Shown here: piece by piece, positions 26,026 to 35,673 of the stretch
How positions within the stretch are numbered: the stretch's first letter is position 1
Layout: every line of letters begins with the position of its first letter
Origin: a virus
Lineage: Duplodnaviria; Caudoviricetes
Direction: 5' to 3' (one strand)
Length of the DNA: 52,255 nucleotides
IMG/VR virus record: IMGVR_UViG_3300025099_000030
Span: 1-52,255 of that record
Program-made: the position numbers and the translations under genes
Notes under the pieces: model-generated
The model's input: the letters and a program-made list of their open reading frames with translations, nothing else
The model's database searches: none
What the model was told of the DNA's origin: nothing

Positions 26026-29000
26026 ATGGCAAGTAATATATTAAATTTTAGTCCAGATAGACTCATTACTGGGATAAACATAATCGATGGTATGTTATTT
26101 TTTACAGATAACAAAAACGAACCTAAAAAAATAAACATTGAAAAGTTTAAAGGCAATTTAGTAGATCCCCAGTCTGGCGAAATCATAGAGGTATCTCATA
26201 ACAAAACTACCAAAATATATGGCAGAGATTTTAAAGAAAGAGATATTACTGTGTTAAAAGAACATCCGGTGGAAACATTAAGCCCTTTACTAACAGAAAG
26301 TGCTGATTTAGAGCCTAATGAGGTGCCTAGTTATACTACTTATAATCCAGATCCATTGCCAGGCTCAACAGAAGGCGGCGCTTCAAGCGAAATCGTAAAT
26401 TCTGTATTAAGTAGCGGACTAAAAATAACAAATAAAACAGACCCAGCTTCTTCTTCAATTGACAATGTTTTTCTTCGCGCTATGTATTCCGGAACAAATG
26501 ATTTAGTGGACCACGGATTTATTTGGTCACAAGATTATTCAACTGCTGGAGATTTAATTGCAAATGGAACAATAATTTCTTTAGGAGCTAATAAACAAGA
26601 AAGTACTCTTACCGACTACGGAACTTTTTTTAATTCAGAGATTTTAGCAACAGAGCTAAATGCAGCTAAAGAAATTATTTACTTTTTACCATATGGCCAA
26701 CAAAGAGATCTTGATGGCAAAGTATATACTTACGTAGGGCAATCTAATAAAATAGAAGTTCAAGAGTTTAAAATTTTAACAGGTGCTAATGCTATAAATA
26801 CGTCTAAATCAATAACTTCTCTAATAGTAAACGCAAATCAACGGGCAGGGTCGGGTGAATCTATAGGTTTAGATAGATTAGCTGTTGACTTTAATGCGAG
26901 TTATGATGATGATGGAGTTTGGGCTGAAGATGTTGGTTTCTATATAAGCAAAGGGTATGCATTAAGCACTGATACTGTAACATTAGAAGAACTAATAGAT
27001 AGCGCTAATTATGATTCTAAAGTATCTATTGAAAATATTAATTTAGAATTGCCGGCAGACCTTAGAGGTAAATTAGCGCTCAGTTCTAAATATTTTACAG
27101 GAAATGGCGCTTATTCTTTTGAACAAGGTTTAAATTATTTTTATGTTGCTTACATAAAAGCAAGTAATGGCATAACTTATTATTCATCAAACTCATTTTC
27201 AAGTGGCTCAACTTCTCCTAGTTTAACCGAAAATGTAATAACAAAAATCGAAATTACTCCAAGTCAAAATGGAGAAGGGGTAAAACCCCAAGTAAAAAAT
27301 ATAACAGGCGTAAGTATTAACGCCTCTCCGTCTTCTGCAGAAATAAAAGGTGAAATATTATTTCCTTCTATAACAAATGCAAGAACTGGTTTTATAACTG
27401 AGTATGGTTTTTATTTTTCTAAAAAGCTATCAAATTACCAACAATTTATAACTGCTTTTTCTGGCGGTGTTCAAGCGAATGGGTCGCCTGTAGATTCTGG
27501 GTTTCCTGATACTTATAAAGTAGCGGTAGAATCAAATGCTAATGGTGTCTCTAATGTTGATATTAATGATTCTTTGTTCTCATACAATGTAGGCAATAAA
27601 CTAACCTTAGAAGATGGAGAAATTGTATATTTTATGGCATATGCAGTTTCTAGCTTAGGAGCAGAAGGGGTAGCAACAGAAAAAGGCATAACAATTTATC
27701 CAGAGGTTGCTAGGGTAGCAGCGGGAACAGGAGAAGACGGGCTAGAACCCTCTATAAGTATATTAAAGTCTGATTATAGTATAACTAGTTCAGATATACG
27801 GGGGCCAGTAGCTTTTAATATAACATATAGAATAGACTATGTCCCGCCGGGTAGATCAGTGGAAAGCTCAGGCGTTTACTTAGCGATACCTTTAGGAGCA
27901 GGTATAAATGCTGTTACGGCTAAAGAAGGCTTTAAATCACGTAAAGTGATAAAAGAAAATCCATCTATGCACACACAGGCTAAGAATTTTACTTTTACAG
28001 CAACTTCAAGCAGCGTAGACCACGAAAATGTTGGTGACTACAATGCTACAGTAATACCTCCATCTCATAGCACGCTAGATATAGAAGCGTACAAGCAGGC
28101 AGGAGGTAATTATTTATATGGCTATTCTTTATTTGCTTACATGTATTTAGATAATGGAGAAGAACATTTTAGTAATATTGTTTCTGGCCCTAATGCACAT
28201 AAATTTGTTTTTGATAGTTCTAAAATTTCTGGAAATGAGGGGGCTCCTACTATAAATACATATAATAATGATTTGCGAGCTATAGATAAAGCTTCAATAA
28301 GAAATAACACATTTAAGCTTTTAGGTGCAATTGGTAGTGATGGGAAGGTAACTACGCCCCACGCCGCTAATGAAGTTGGATTTTATATAAGTACAGTACA
28401 GCCAAATTTTAGTACTGGATATGGAGGTTTTGTGTCGTTTGAAGAAGCTATGTCTACTTGGGTTGCAGATTCAAATACTGTAAAGCTGCAGTTAACAGGT
28501 TCTGCAATAACGGCTGCAAGAACGCATTCAACCACCGGGGGTACGCTTACCTTTCAAGATTTTGAATTAGTAGTAAATGCTACAAACTTTCCGCGTCTTA
28601 ATACAGATACTGCTCCAACAACATATTATTATAGAGCGTTCTGTACACCATCAACGCAAACTGATACAAGCCTTAATAAAACAAAATTTGGAGGACAATT
28701 TGAAGTTACTACTATACCTGGAAGTCAATCGCAAAATACTAATCCAGTAGTAACAACAGATAGTTACGAAGCTTTGGACGGATTTAGTTTTAGTTTAAGG
28801 GGCACAGCTAAACCAACAGAAAATACTTATACTATAAAAACTAAAAAGTTTTATTATAAAGATTCTAGTCATTTTCCATCAAACCCAACAGCGGCGCAAA
28901 TAATAACCGAGCTTCAAGACCCTACAGGAAGAAACTCAGTTACCGCAACAGGAGATGATTCTTTTTCTGCTAGTGTTAATCTTTCAAATGTAGACTACTA

Positions 29001-29850
29001 TTTTGTAGCTGCGGTTACAACAGAATTAAATGGTACTGAAAGTTCAGAAGTTTTTGCTTCTAGGGGCGTAAAAATACCAAATTCTAATTCCGTTGTTACT
29101 GCCGAGCCTTCTGTATCAATAAGAACTTTAAATATCCTACAGGGCAACCCTCCTACGCTAGGGGCTAAAATTACAGCTGGAGAATCAACAATTTCTAGCA
29201 GAGGATTTTATTGGATTGGCAAGCAAGGAACTAATAGTTTAGCAAAACCTAGCACAGGCGCAGCTCTGAAAGCTGCTGCAACGTCAGTTCCTTCTGGGCA
29301 AGTTGGCGGAACTATTTCTAGTAGTAGTACAAATCAACATTTTTATGAAGCTTTTAGCAATTTTAAATCAGATTACACCTATTACTTTTCAGCTTTTGCA
29401 ATAAATAGCAAAGGGGAAACAATAACACCGCCAAGAACTATCCCAATAATACAGGCTAACAAACCAAAAACGTTAAAGGCTACGCCTACATTCGTATCAT
29501 TTGATAGCAAGGGAACTAGAGGTGCCAGTGGTACAATGCAAACTATATCAGTGCAAACTACACCGGTTGCCAATGCTTGGAGCTGGAAAGTTACAAACTT
29601 CAAAGGAACGTATGAAGCGCCTAATGTGGTTAGAGAAACATCGGGTGGGGTCGATAAACTATTAATAAAAGGTTTTCCATTAAACTCAACAAATAATACA
29701 GAAGCTAAATTAACTATAACTCATAAAGAGGATGCTTCAATAAAAACAGAAATTATAATAAAACAAGACGGTAAATACAATGATAATTTTCACTATACGG
29801 AAGATCCAAATGATTATAGCGATTATCAACCAATAGGATTTTATTACTAA
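26026..29850 (+). CDS. tail nozzle middle fragment plus about 7 FN3-like repeats and C-terminal BACON-like domain
   Basis: LNFS...ITGINIIDGMLFFTDNKNEPKKINI nozzle propeller motif; repeated xGFY...YYxxAxA units; C-terminal LKATPTFVSF...W...LTIT...IIIKQDG. Confidence 0.65.
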   Translation: MASNILNFSPDRLITGINIIDGMLFFTDNKNEPKKINIEKFKGNLVDPQSGEIIEVSHNKTTKIYGRDFKERDITVLKEHPVETLSPLLTESADLEPNEVPSYTTYNPDPLPGSTEGGASSEIVNSVLSSGLKITNKTDPASSSIDNVFLRAMYSGTNDLVDHGFIWSQDYSTAGDLIANGTIISLGANKQESTLTDYGTFFNSEILATELNAAKEIIYFLPYGQQRDLDGKVYTYVGQSNKIEVQEFKILTGANAINTSKSITSLIVNANQRAGSGESIGLDRLAVDFNASYDDDGVWAEDVGFYISKGYALSTDTVTLEELIDSANYDSKVSIENINLELPADLRGKLALSSKYFTGNGAYSFEQGLNYFYVAYIKASNGITYYSSNSFSSGSTSPSLTENVITKIEITPSQNGEGVKPQVKNITGVSINASPSSAEIKGEILFPSITNARTGFITEYGFYFSKKLSNYQQFITAFSGGVQANGSPVDSGFPDTYKVAVESNANGVSNVDINDSLFSYNVGNKLTLEDGEIVYFMAYAVSSLGAEGVATEKGITIYPEVARVAAGTGEDGLEPSISILKSDYSITSSDIRGPVAFNITYRIDYVPPGRSVESSGVYLAIPLGAGINAVTAKEGFKSRKVIKENPSMHTQAKNFTFTATSSSVDHENVGDYNATVIPPSHSTLDIEAYKQAGGNYLYGYSLFAYMYLDNGEEHFSNIVSGPNAHKFVFDSSKISGNEGAPTINTYNNDLRAIDKASIRNNTFKLLGAIGSDGKVTTPHAANEVGFYISTVQPNFSTGYGGFVSFEEAMSTWVADSNTVKLQLTGSAITAARTHSTTGGTLTFQDFELVVNATNFPRLNTDTAPTTYYYRAFCTPSTQTDTSLNKTKFGGQFEVTTIPGSQSQNTNPVVTTDSYEALDGFSFSLRGTAKPTENTYTIKTKKFYYKDSSHFPSNPTAAQIITELQDPTGRNSVTATGDDSFSASVNLSNVDYYFVAAVTTELNGTESSEVFASRGVKIPNSNSVVTAEPSVSIRTLNILQGNPPTLGAKITAGESTISSRGFYWIGKQGTNSLAKPSTGAALKAAATSVPSGQVGGTISSSSTNQHFYEAFSNFKSDYTYYFSAFAINSKGETITPPRTIPIIQANKPKTLKATPTFVSFDSKGTRGASGTMQTISVQTTPVANAWSWKVTNFKGTYEAPNVVRETSGGVDKLLIKGFPLNSTNNTEAKLTITHKEDASIKTEIIIKQDGKYNDNFHYTEDPNDYSDYQPIGFYY

Positions 29851-29868
29851 TTGTTTAAAATATAAATA

Positions 29869-32800
29869 ATGGCAGAAAAAAAATTACCATTTGAAAAAAT
29901 TTTTCCGTATTTAAGTTATAGATGGAGATATGACGATGGCGAGTATTCTCCTTACGCTCCTTTTACCGAAGTTTTGTTTATACCAGAAAATGAAAGTAGC
30001 GATCAAGAAAAATACGAAAATGGTTTTAATGTATTTATGACTAATGATACTGAAAAAATTACAATTAGTCAATTACCAATAGGTGGTCCTGATGTAGTTT
30101 CTGTAGATATTTTATATACAGAATCTATTTCTTCTACAATTTATATTTTAAAAACATTGAACATCCCTTTAGATCAAAGAGGGAAAAACTATCTTAATGA
30201 TATAACAATATCCGAAAGATCAATTGGTACTGCTTTACCTAACTCTCAATTAAATAGGCATTTTGATAGTGTGCCTAGATTCGCTAAAGCACAAGAAAGT
30301 ACATCTAATAGAATAATTTACGGTAATTATGTGTCAAAATATAATCAAGAAGAGCTGGATATAAATGGAATGCAAGGTCCTATACAAATTCAACCTTTTG
30401 TAGAAGTTATACCAGGTAAAACATCGGGTAGATCCGTAAAAACAAATAGAGATTATGGAATAGGCGTAGTTTACATAGACAAATTTGGAAGACAAGGGGG
30501 GCTACTTGTTGATAAAGCTAAACCGGGTGATACTTCGGGTGGTTCATCAATAAAAACAAATTTTACATATAATAACCTTATTTCATTAGGTGCGTGTATA
30601 AAATCTAAACCGCCGTCTTGGGCTAAGTATTACAGGTATTTTGTTAAAGATACTTCTGCTGACTTTCATAATCTTACCGCTTATAATACATATAATGATG
30701 TTTCGTCTGGAGGAGAAACTCCTAATGTTTATTTACAGTTTAAGTCTACAGATAGAAATAAACTAACCGAAGAAACTTTTTTAATACCAAAAAGACATAA
30801 TCATTTAACCGGAGGTAACGTAATTTTTAATGAGTCTTCTAAAATACCTATATTGGCTATTGAAAATGAAGCACCTGATGTTGTTAAAGCGCAGCTAACA
30901 GGAAGAATTACTAGTAATTTTCATAAAATTGATTACCAAAGTGCTAATTTAGTTGTAAGCGAAACAAATAACACGGTTAGCGCTCTTAGCGTTGGCCAAA
31001 CTGTTATTTACATGAAATTTGCTACTAATGAGTATACAAAAACATTTTCAAAAATAGAAGAATATTTCGCGGCAAATAACAATACAACTAAATTTAACGA
31101 AATAGGCACTCCTCCAGCTACTGTAGATTGCACAGCATTTCCTGAAAGAATGGCAATACAATTTAGAAGAGTTGGAACTGCAGGAACTTCTATAGGCGGC
31201 GGTTATAGTAATACTCTATCTACCAAAAAACTTTTAATTGACAGTATACAATTATTAACATCATCTGGAGTAAATAATGTATTAAAAATAACTGTATCAA
31301 ATAGAATAGATGATAATAATGAAATAACTGCAGGAACAGGTGTTGATATAGCCGGAATTGATTTAAACCCTACTGAAACTACTGAAGGTAGTCAAATTTT
31401 AGTTGATGCGGAATCTGCTGTGTTTTTTAGAAGAAGCTTAAGTGACGACGCTTTAGATAAAATTAAAGGTTCGTTTTTTGTAAAAGTACCTAGAGCACCT
31501 ATTACCTTAACTGCTAATAATAGAATTAATACTAGATCATTACCTGTTGGGCAAAGTGAGTTTGATGAAGACGGAAATGTTGAAAGTTTAAGATATATAG
31601 ATTTTGAAACTGAACCAGGTGATGATTCTAATTTAGATCTTTATTGGGAAACATCAAAAACCTTTACAATTAGCGAAGACCACGGAAATGATAATATAAT
31701 ACCTTGGTCAAATTGTATTGCAAGTACAGAGGAAGATTCAAGTGAAATTTATTTAGAGTCTACTAGAATATTAGATAAATTTAATTCAACTCAATTAGTA
31801 AAAAGTATTAGAGTAAATACGCCTGATATAAATTATGCTGAAGAAAAATTAAGCACAGGCTTAATATTTTCAGGTTTGTATAATTCAAGAACAGGTATAA
31901 ATGAATTAAATCAATTTAGTTTAGCTGATGGTATAACAAAAAACTTAGAGCCAAATTATGGTGGTATTCAAAAGCTATTTGCTTTAGATACAAACTTAAT
32001 TGCGCTGGCTGAAGATAAAGTATTCAAAATATTAGCAGACAAAGACGCTTTATTTAATGCTGATGAGGGCGTAAACGTTACAGCCACTAATTTAGTATTA
32101 GGGCAAGCAATGTCTTATCAAGGTGATTATGGTATAAGCACTCATCCAGAGTCGTTTGCATTTTTTAATAACAATGCTTATTTTACAGATGCTAAAAGAG
32201 GCGTGGTATTGCAATTATCACCTGCTAATGGACAAATATTTCCAATTAGCTCAATAGGAATGTCAAACTTTTTTAGGGACAGATTAGGTGCTTTAAACGC
32301 AGGTGCAAAGCTCATAGGGGCTCATAACGGATATAAAAAGCAATATCTAATATCAATACAAGGGTATAATCAAAATGATGCTTCTATTGGCTCTGAAGCA
32401 ATTCCTAATGAAACATCGGAAATAACATTAGCGTATAGTCCAAGAGCTAAAGGCTGGACATCAAGATTTAGTTTTATACCAGAATCTGGTGTAACATTAA
32501 ATAGTAAATTTTATACATTTAAAAGCGGTAAAGTATATTTACATAATTCTAATACAGCTGCTAGAAATAATTTTTATGGCGTACAGTATAACTCTGAGGT
32601 GCAAGTGATATTTAATGATAACCCAACTTTTATTTCAGATTGGCTATCTATTAACTATGAAGGCAGCGAAGGCTGGGAAGCTGTAGAAATAATTGGCGAC
32701 CAAGATTCACAATTTGGAATTACTAATGTAAGAATATTAGATTCTGAAGATTCTGGCTTTTTAGGTTGGTTCTTAAAAGAAGGTAAATATAGAGGCGCTA

Positions 32801-33006
32801 TTGTAGGCACGCAACCTGTATATATAATTAATCCTGGAGGATCGGTTGGGGCAGACGGGCTTTGGCCCCTTATACAAGATGGTTCAAATACACAAGATAT
32901 ATCTGGTACTAAAGGATTTTTCCAAAAAACTAGATTTAGAAACTCTGGCACTACAACAAAAGAATTGTTTGCTGTAAGCTCAGAATATTATATAAGTCAA
33001 ACTTAA
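29869..33006 (+). CDS. tail nozzle/stabilisation protein, C-terminal fragment
   Basis: FEKIFPYLSYRWRYDDGEYS, VPRFAKAQE, NRIIYGNY, GVVYIDKFGR, YGISTHPESFA, GWTSRFSFIPE, KEGKY motifs. Confidence 0.72.
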   Translation: MAEKKLPFEKIFPYLSYRWRYDDGEYSPYAPFTEVLFIPENESSDQEKYENGFNVFMTNDTEKITISQLPIGGPDVVSVDILYTESISSTIYILKTLNIPLDQRGKNYLNDITISERSIGTALPNSQLNRHFDSVPRFAKAQESTSNRIIYGNYVSKYNQEELDINGMQGPIQIQPFVEVIPGKTSGRSVKTNRDYGIGVVYIDKFGRQGGLLVDKAKPGDTSGGSSIKTNFTYNNLISLGACIKSKPPSWAKYYRYFVKDTSADFHNLTAYNTYNDVSSGGETPNVYLQFKSTDRNKLTEETFLIPKRHNHLTGGNVIFNESSKIPILAIENEAPDVVKAQLTGRITSNFHKIDYQSANLVVSETNNTVSALSVGQTVIYMKFATNEYTKTFSKIEEYFAANNNTTKFNEIGTPPATVDCTAFPERMAIQFRRVGTAGTSIGGGYSNTLSTKKLLIDSIQLLTSSGVNNVLKITVSNRIDDNNEITAGTGVDIAGIDLNPTETTEGSQILVDAESAVFFRRSLSDDALDKIKGSFFVKVPRAPITLTANNRINTRSLPVGQSEFDEDGNVESLRYIDFETEPGDDSNLDLYWETSKTFTISEDHGNDNIIPWSNCIASTEEDSSEIYLESTRILDKFNSTQLVKSIRVNTPDINYAEEKLSTGLIFSGLYNSRTGINELNQFSLADGITKNLEPNYGGIQKLFALDTNLIALAEDKVFKILADKDALFNADEGVNVTATNLVLGQAMSYQGDYGISTHPESFAFFNNNAYFTDAKRGVVLQLSPANGQIFPISSIGMSNFFRDRLGALNAGAKLIGAHNGYKKQYLISIQGYNQNDASIGSEAIPNETSEITLAYSPRAKGWTSRFSFIPESGVTLNSKFYTFKSGKVYLHNSNTAARNNFYGVQYNSEVQVIFNDNPTFISDWLSINYEGSEGWEAVEIIGDQDSQFGITNVRILDSEDSGFLGWFLKEGKYRGAIVGTQPVYIINPGGSVGADGLWPLIQDGSNTQDISGTKGFFQKTRFRNSGTTTKELFAVSSEYYISQT

Positions 33007-33022
33007 AATAAATAAATAAAAT

Positions 33023-33691
33023 ATGGCATTACCAATAATGGGTATAATCGGTGGCGCAACACAAATTGCAGGCTCTTTGATTGGCGGCGGGGCCAGGCGT
33101 AGGGAAGCTAGAGCTGCGGCTGCGGAATTTTCCGCTCAAAAACAGGCACTGCAAGACTTTCAATTTACTAATGAATTTGCTGGTTTAGAAAACGTTTTTG
33201 AAGATGCAACCGTTAATCAACAAGCCGCTCAATTTCAGGGACAACAAACTGATGCGGCGTTAGCACAAGCTTTACAAGCCGCTACTGTTTCTGGTGGAGC
33301 TCCAGGCGGAGCGCAGGCTATAGCACAAGCTGCTTTGCAATCTAAAGCTGGCATATCTGCTGATATTGCAAGACAAGAACAAGGTAATCAAGCTAGAAGA
33401 ATGCAACAAGAAGCAAGGCTTCAGCAAATGGAAGCAACAGGTGCTGCAGCATTGCAACAACAACAATATGGCCAACAGCAACAATTGTTAAATTTAGCAT
33501 CTGCTAGAAAAGTTGCTGCTGATCAAGCAAGAGCGGAAGCTACAGCCGGGTTAGTTGGTGGTATCGGTAGTTTAGCTGGTGGTATTGGAACTGCTGCTTT
33601 TGCCCCAGGTAGCTTTACAGACAATTTGACTAAAAACATCGGGGGAGTGCCTGAAACAGGGGCCCAAACAGTAATCAAAATTGTTAAGTGA
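33023..33691 (+). CDS. putative internal virion / ejection protein 1
   Basis: Gly-rich hydrophobic termini and Ala/Gln-rich coiled coil; position after nozzle as in podoviruses. Confidence 0.65.
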   Translation: MALPIMGIIGGATQIAGSLIGGGARRREARAAAAEFSAQKQALQDFQFTNEFAGLENVFEDATVNQQAAQFQGQQTDAALAQALQAATVSGGAPGGAQAIAQAALQSKAGISADIARQEQGNQARRMQQEARLQQMEATGAAALQQQQYGQQQQLLNLASARKVAADQARAEATAGLVGGIGSLAGGIGTAAFAPGSFTDNLTKNIGGVPETGAQTVIKIVK

Positions 33692-35673
33692 TGAGAGACT
33701 TATTAAAATACGGACTGATAGCATCAGCGGGGCAGCCTAGAAGCTTAACAGGTGAAGCTTTAATCGGATTAGGTGCTTTGCTTTCTCAAATGGATTTTAA
33801 GTTAAGCAAAGATGAAGAAAAATCTGATGATATTGAAATAACAGATGAGCCAACTGAAGAGTATTTAAAATATAAAATATTCGGGGATGTTGATCAAAAA
33901 GCTGAGGATAAAAAAGTTCAGAAAAAGTATGATGATGCAATGGCTTTTGATCCTAATTCAGTTCAAGTTGAAGATCCATTTCAATATGATAAAAGCGATT
34001 TTGGCATTATGACACCCCCAGAACAAGTTGTTCAAGATTCAAATAACGATGGAAGCGAAGATACATTTATTAATTTAGAAGAAATTAAGCAGGAGGCACG
34101 CGATAGAGTTATTAAAGATACCACAGGTAGAGGTACATCTTCAATATCAAGCATGGGTTTAAATACAGAAAGCCAAAAATTTGATGAATTTTTACAACGA
34201 CTTGATAGCTCAGATAAAAAAAATTTTGATGCTCAAAGCGTAATGGATATTATCAATCAACAAGCTTTAATTGATAAAACATTTGGTAAAAAAACTAGCA
34301 CTTTTAATAGGCTAAAACCAGAGGTGTTACAAATATTAGACAGTGCAAGATATAAAAACAAAGGTAAAGACGATACACCTTTGCACAGGGTTGCTCATAT
34401 TACTAATTCACCATACCTTAGAACAGACGATGTTGACTACAGGCAAATGCGCCAAGCTACTGCACCTGGTTATACAGGCGAAATAGGTAAAGCTGCTATT
34501 GAAGGTTATAATTTAGTTATTGATAAATATAACTACGATCAAGCTGTTAAAGCAGATTATGAAGAAGAAATAGAAGACCAAATGGGCTCTTTAAATGTAG
34601 AGGCTGACTTTTTAACTGATCAAGCTAGACAAGACTATTTAGAGCTTTCAATGGGCAAAAAGAAAAAATTAAATGAAGCTTTTAATTCTTATGCCAATGG
34701 TGATATAAGTAAATTAGATTACGAAAATGTAAAAGCTAGTTTAGTTTCAGAATTACAATCTGCTGCTGCTACACGTACTAATATAACTAATTCAATAAAA
34801 GATTTTATTGAAAACAAAGGTACCATTGACACAGAAGCATCTGACCCTGAAATGTTAGATTTTCTTATGACTGGTGAAAAAAGTCCGGAAAGAATATCTA
34901 TAAAAAACATTGATGGTGTTGATTACGTTACAGGAACAACAAGAGGTGGTAGAGGTTTTCAAATACCTACATCGAAAATAGCAAATGGAACTGCTGGTTT
35001 TAGAGTTGTTAAAAAAGCTAGCTTAGCGCCTGTAATATCAGGAGCATTGAAAAATATTAATGCTTACACCTCTACTGTAAAAACAGATTTAGGTTTTGGA
35101 GTTTCAACACCTAATCCTGAAAAAGCAAGAAATATTGGTATTGCGAGTATAAGAACTAATTTAGGTTCAAACGAAGCTGATCTAAGATCTATAATGTCTC
35201 AAATATACGGTGTTAATCATACAGCTTATCAAAACTTTTTAGGTAGTGATCCTACCGCTAATAAAAGTGCAATGCTAGATGATGCTGCTGAATATTTATA
35301 TGATACGCAGGTAGCTGAAAAGTATTTTCCTATGACTAAAACTACTAAGTTTACAACAGAAAGAACAGGTAGTACAACGGCTGGGGAAAGAAAAATAGCT
35401 AAGATAAAAGCAGACTTAGATAAGTTACCACCATTATCTAGTACCACTCTTTCTAATTACGCTTCACAGTTAGATAAAAAAATATACGAATTGAAAGAAG
35501 ATCCTAAAACAGGTAGCTTTTATATAAATGATTTTAAAAATAAAAGAAGAATAAACCTACCATCAGACCCAATTGAGGCAAAAACTGAAATAGCAGGCTA
35601 CGCTGGGGTTACAGGCTATCAAAGCGGACGAACGCAAAATGCAGAAAACTTTAGAACTCAATATAAATACTAA
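33688..35673 (+). CDS. putative internal virion / ejection protein 2
   Basis: 661 aa helical with acidic N-terminal third; GTG 33688 or ATG 33691 start; coupled to giant ORF. Confidence 0.6.
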   Translation: MMRDLLKYGLIASAGQPRSLTGEALIGLGALLSQMDFKLSKDEEKSDDIEITDEPTEEYLKYKIFGDVDQKAEDKKVQKKYDDAMAFDPNSVQVEDPFQYDKSDFGIMTPPEQVVQDSNNDGSEDTFINLEEIKQEARDRVIKDTTGRGTSSISSMGLNTESQKFDEFLQRLDSSDKKNFDAQSVMDIINQQALIDKTFGKKTSTFNRLKPEVLQILDSARYKNKGKDDTPLHRVAHITNSPYLRTDDVDYRQMRQATAPGYTGEIGKAAIEGYNLVIDKYNYDQAVKADYEEEIEDQMGSLNVEADFLTDQARQDYLELSMGKKKKLNEAFNSYANGDISKLDYENVKASLVSELQSAAATRTNITNSIKDFIENKGTIDTEASDPEMLDFLMTGEKSPERISIKNIDGVDYVTGTTRGGRGFQIPTSKIANGTAGFRVVKKASLAPVISGALKNINAYTSTVKTDLGFGVSTPNPEKARNIGIASIRTNLGSNEADLRSIMSQIYGVNHTAYQNFLGSDPTANKSAMLDDAAEYLYDTQVAEKYFPMTKTTKFTTERTGSTTAGERKIAKIKADLDKLPPLSSTTLSNYASQLDKKIYELKEDPKTGSFYINDFKNKRRINLPSDPIEAKTEIAGYAGVTGYQSGRTQNAENFRTQYKY

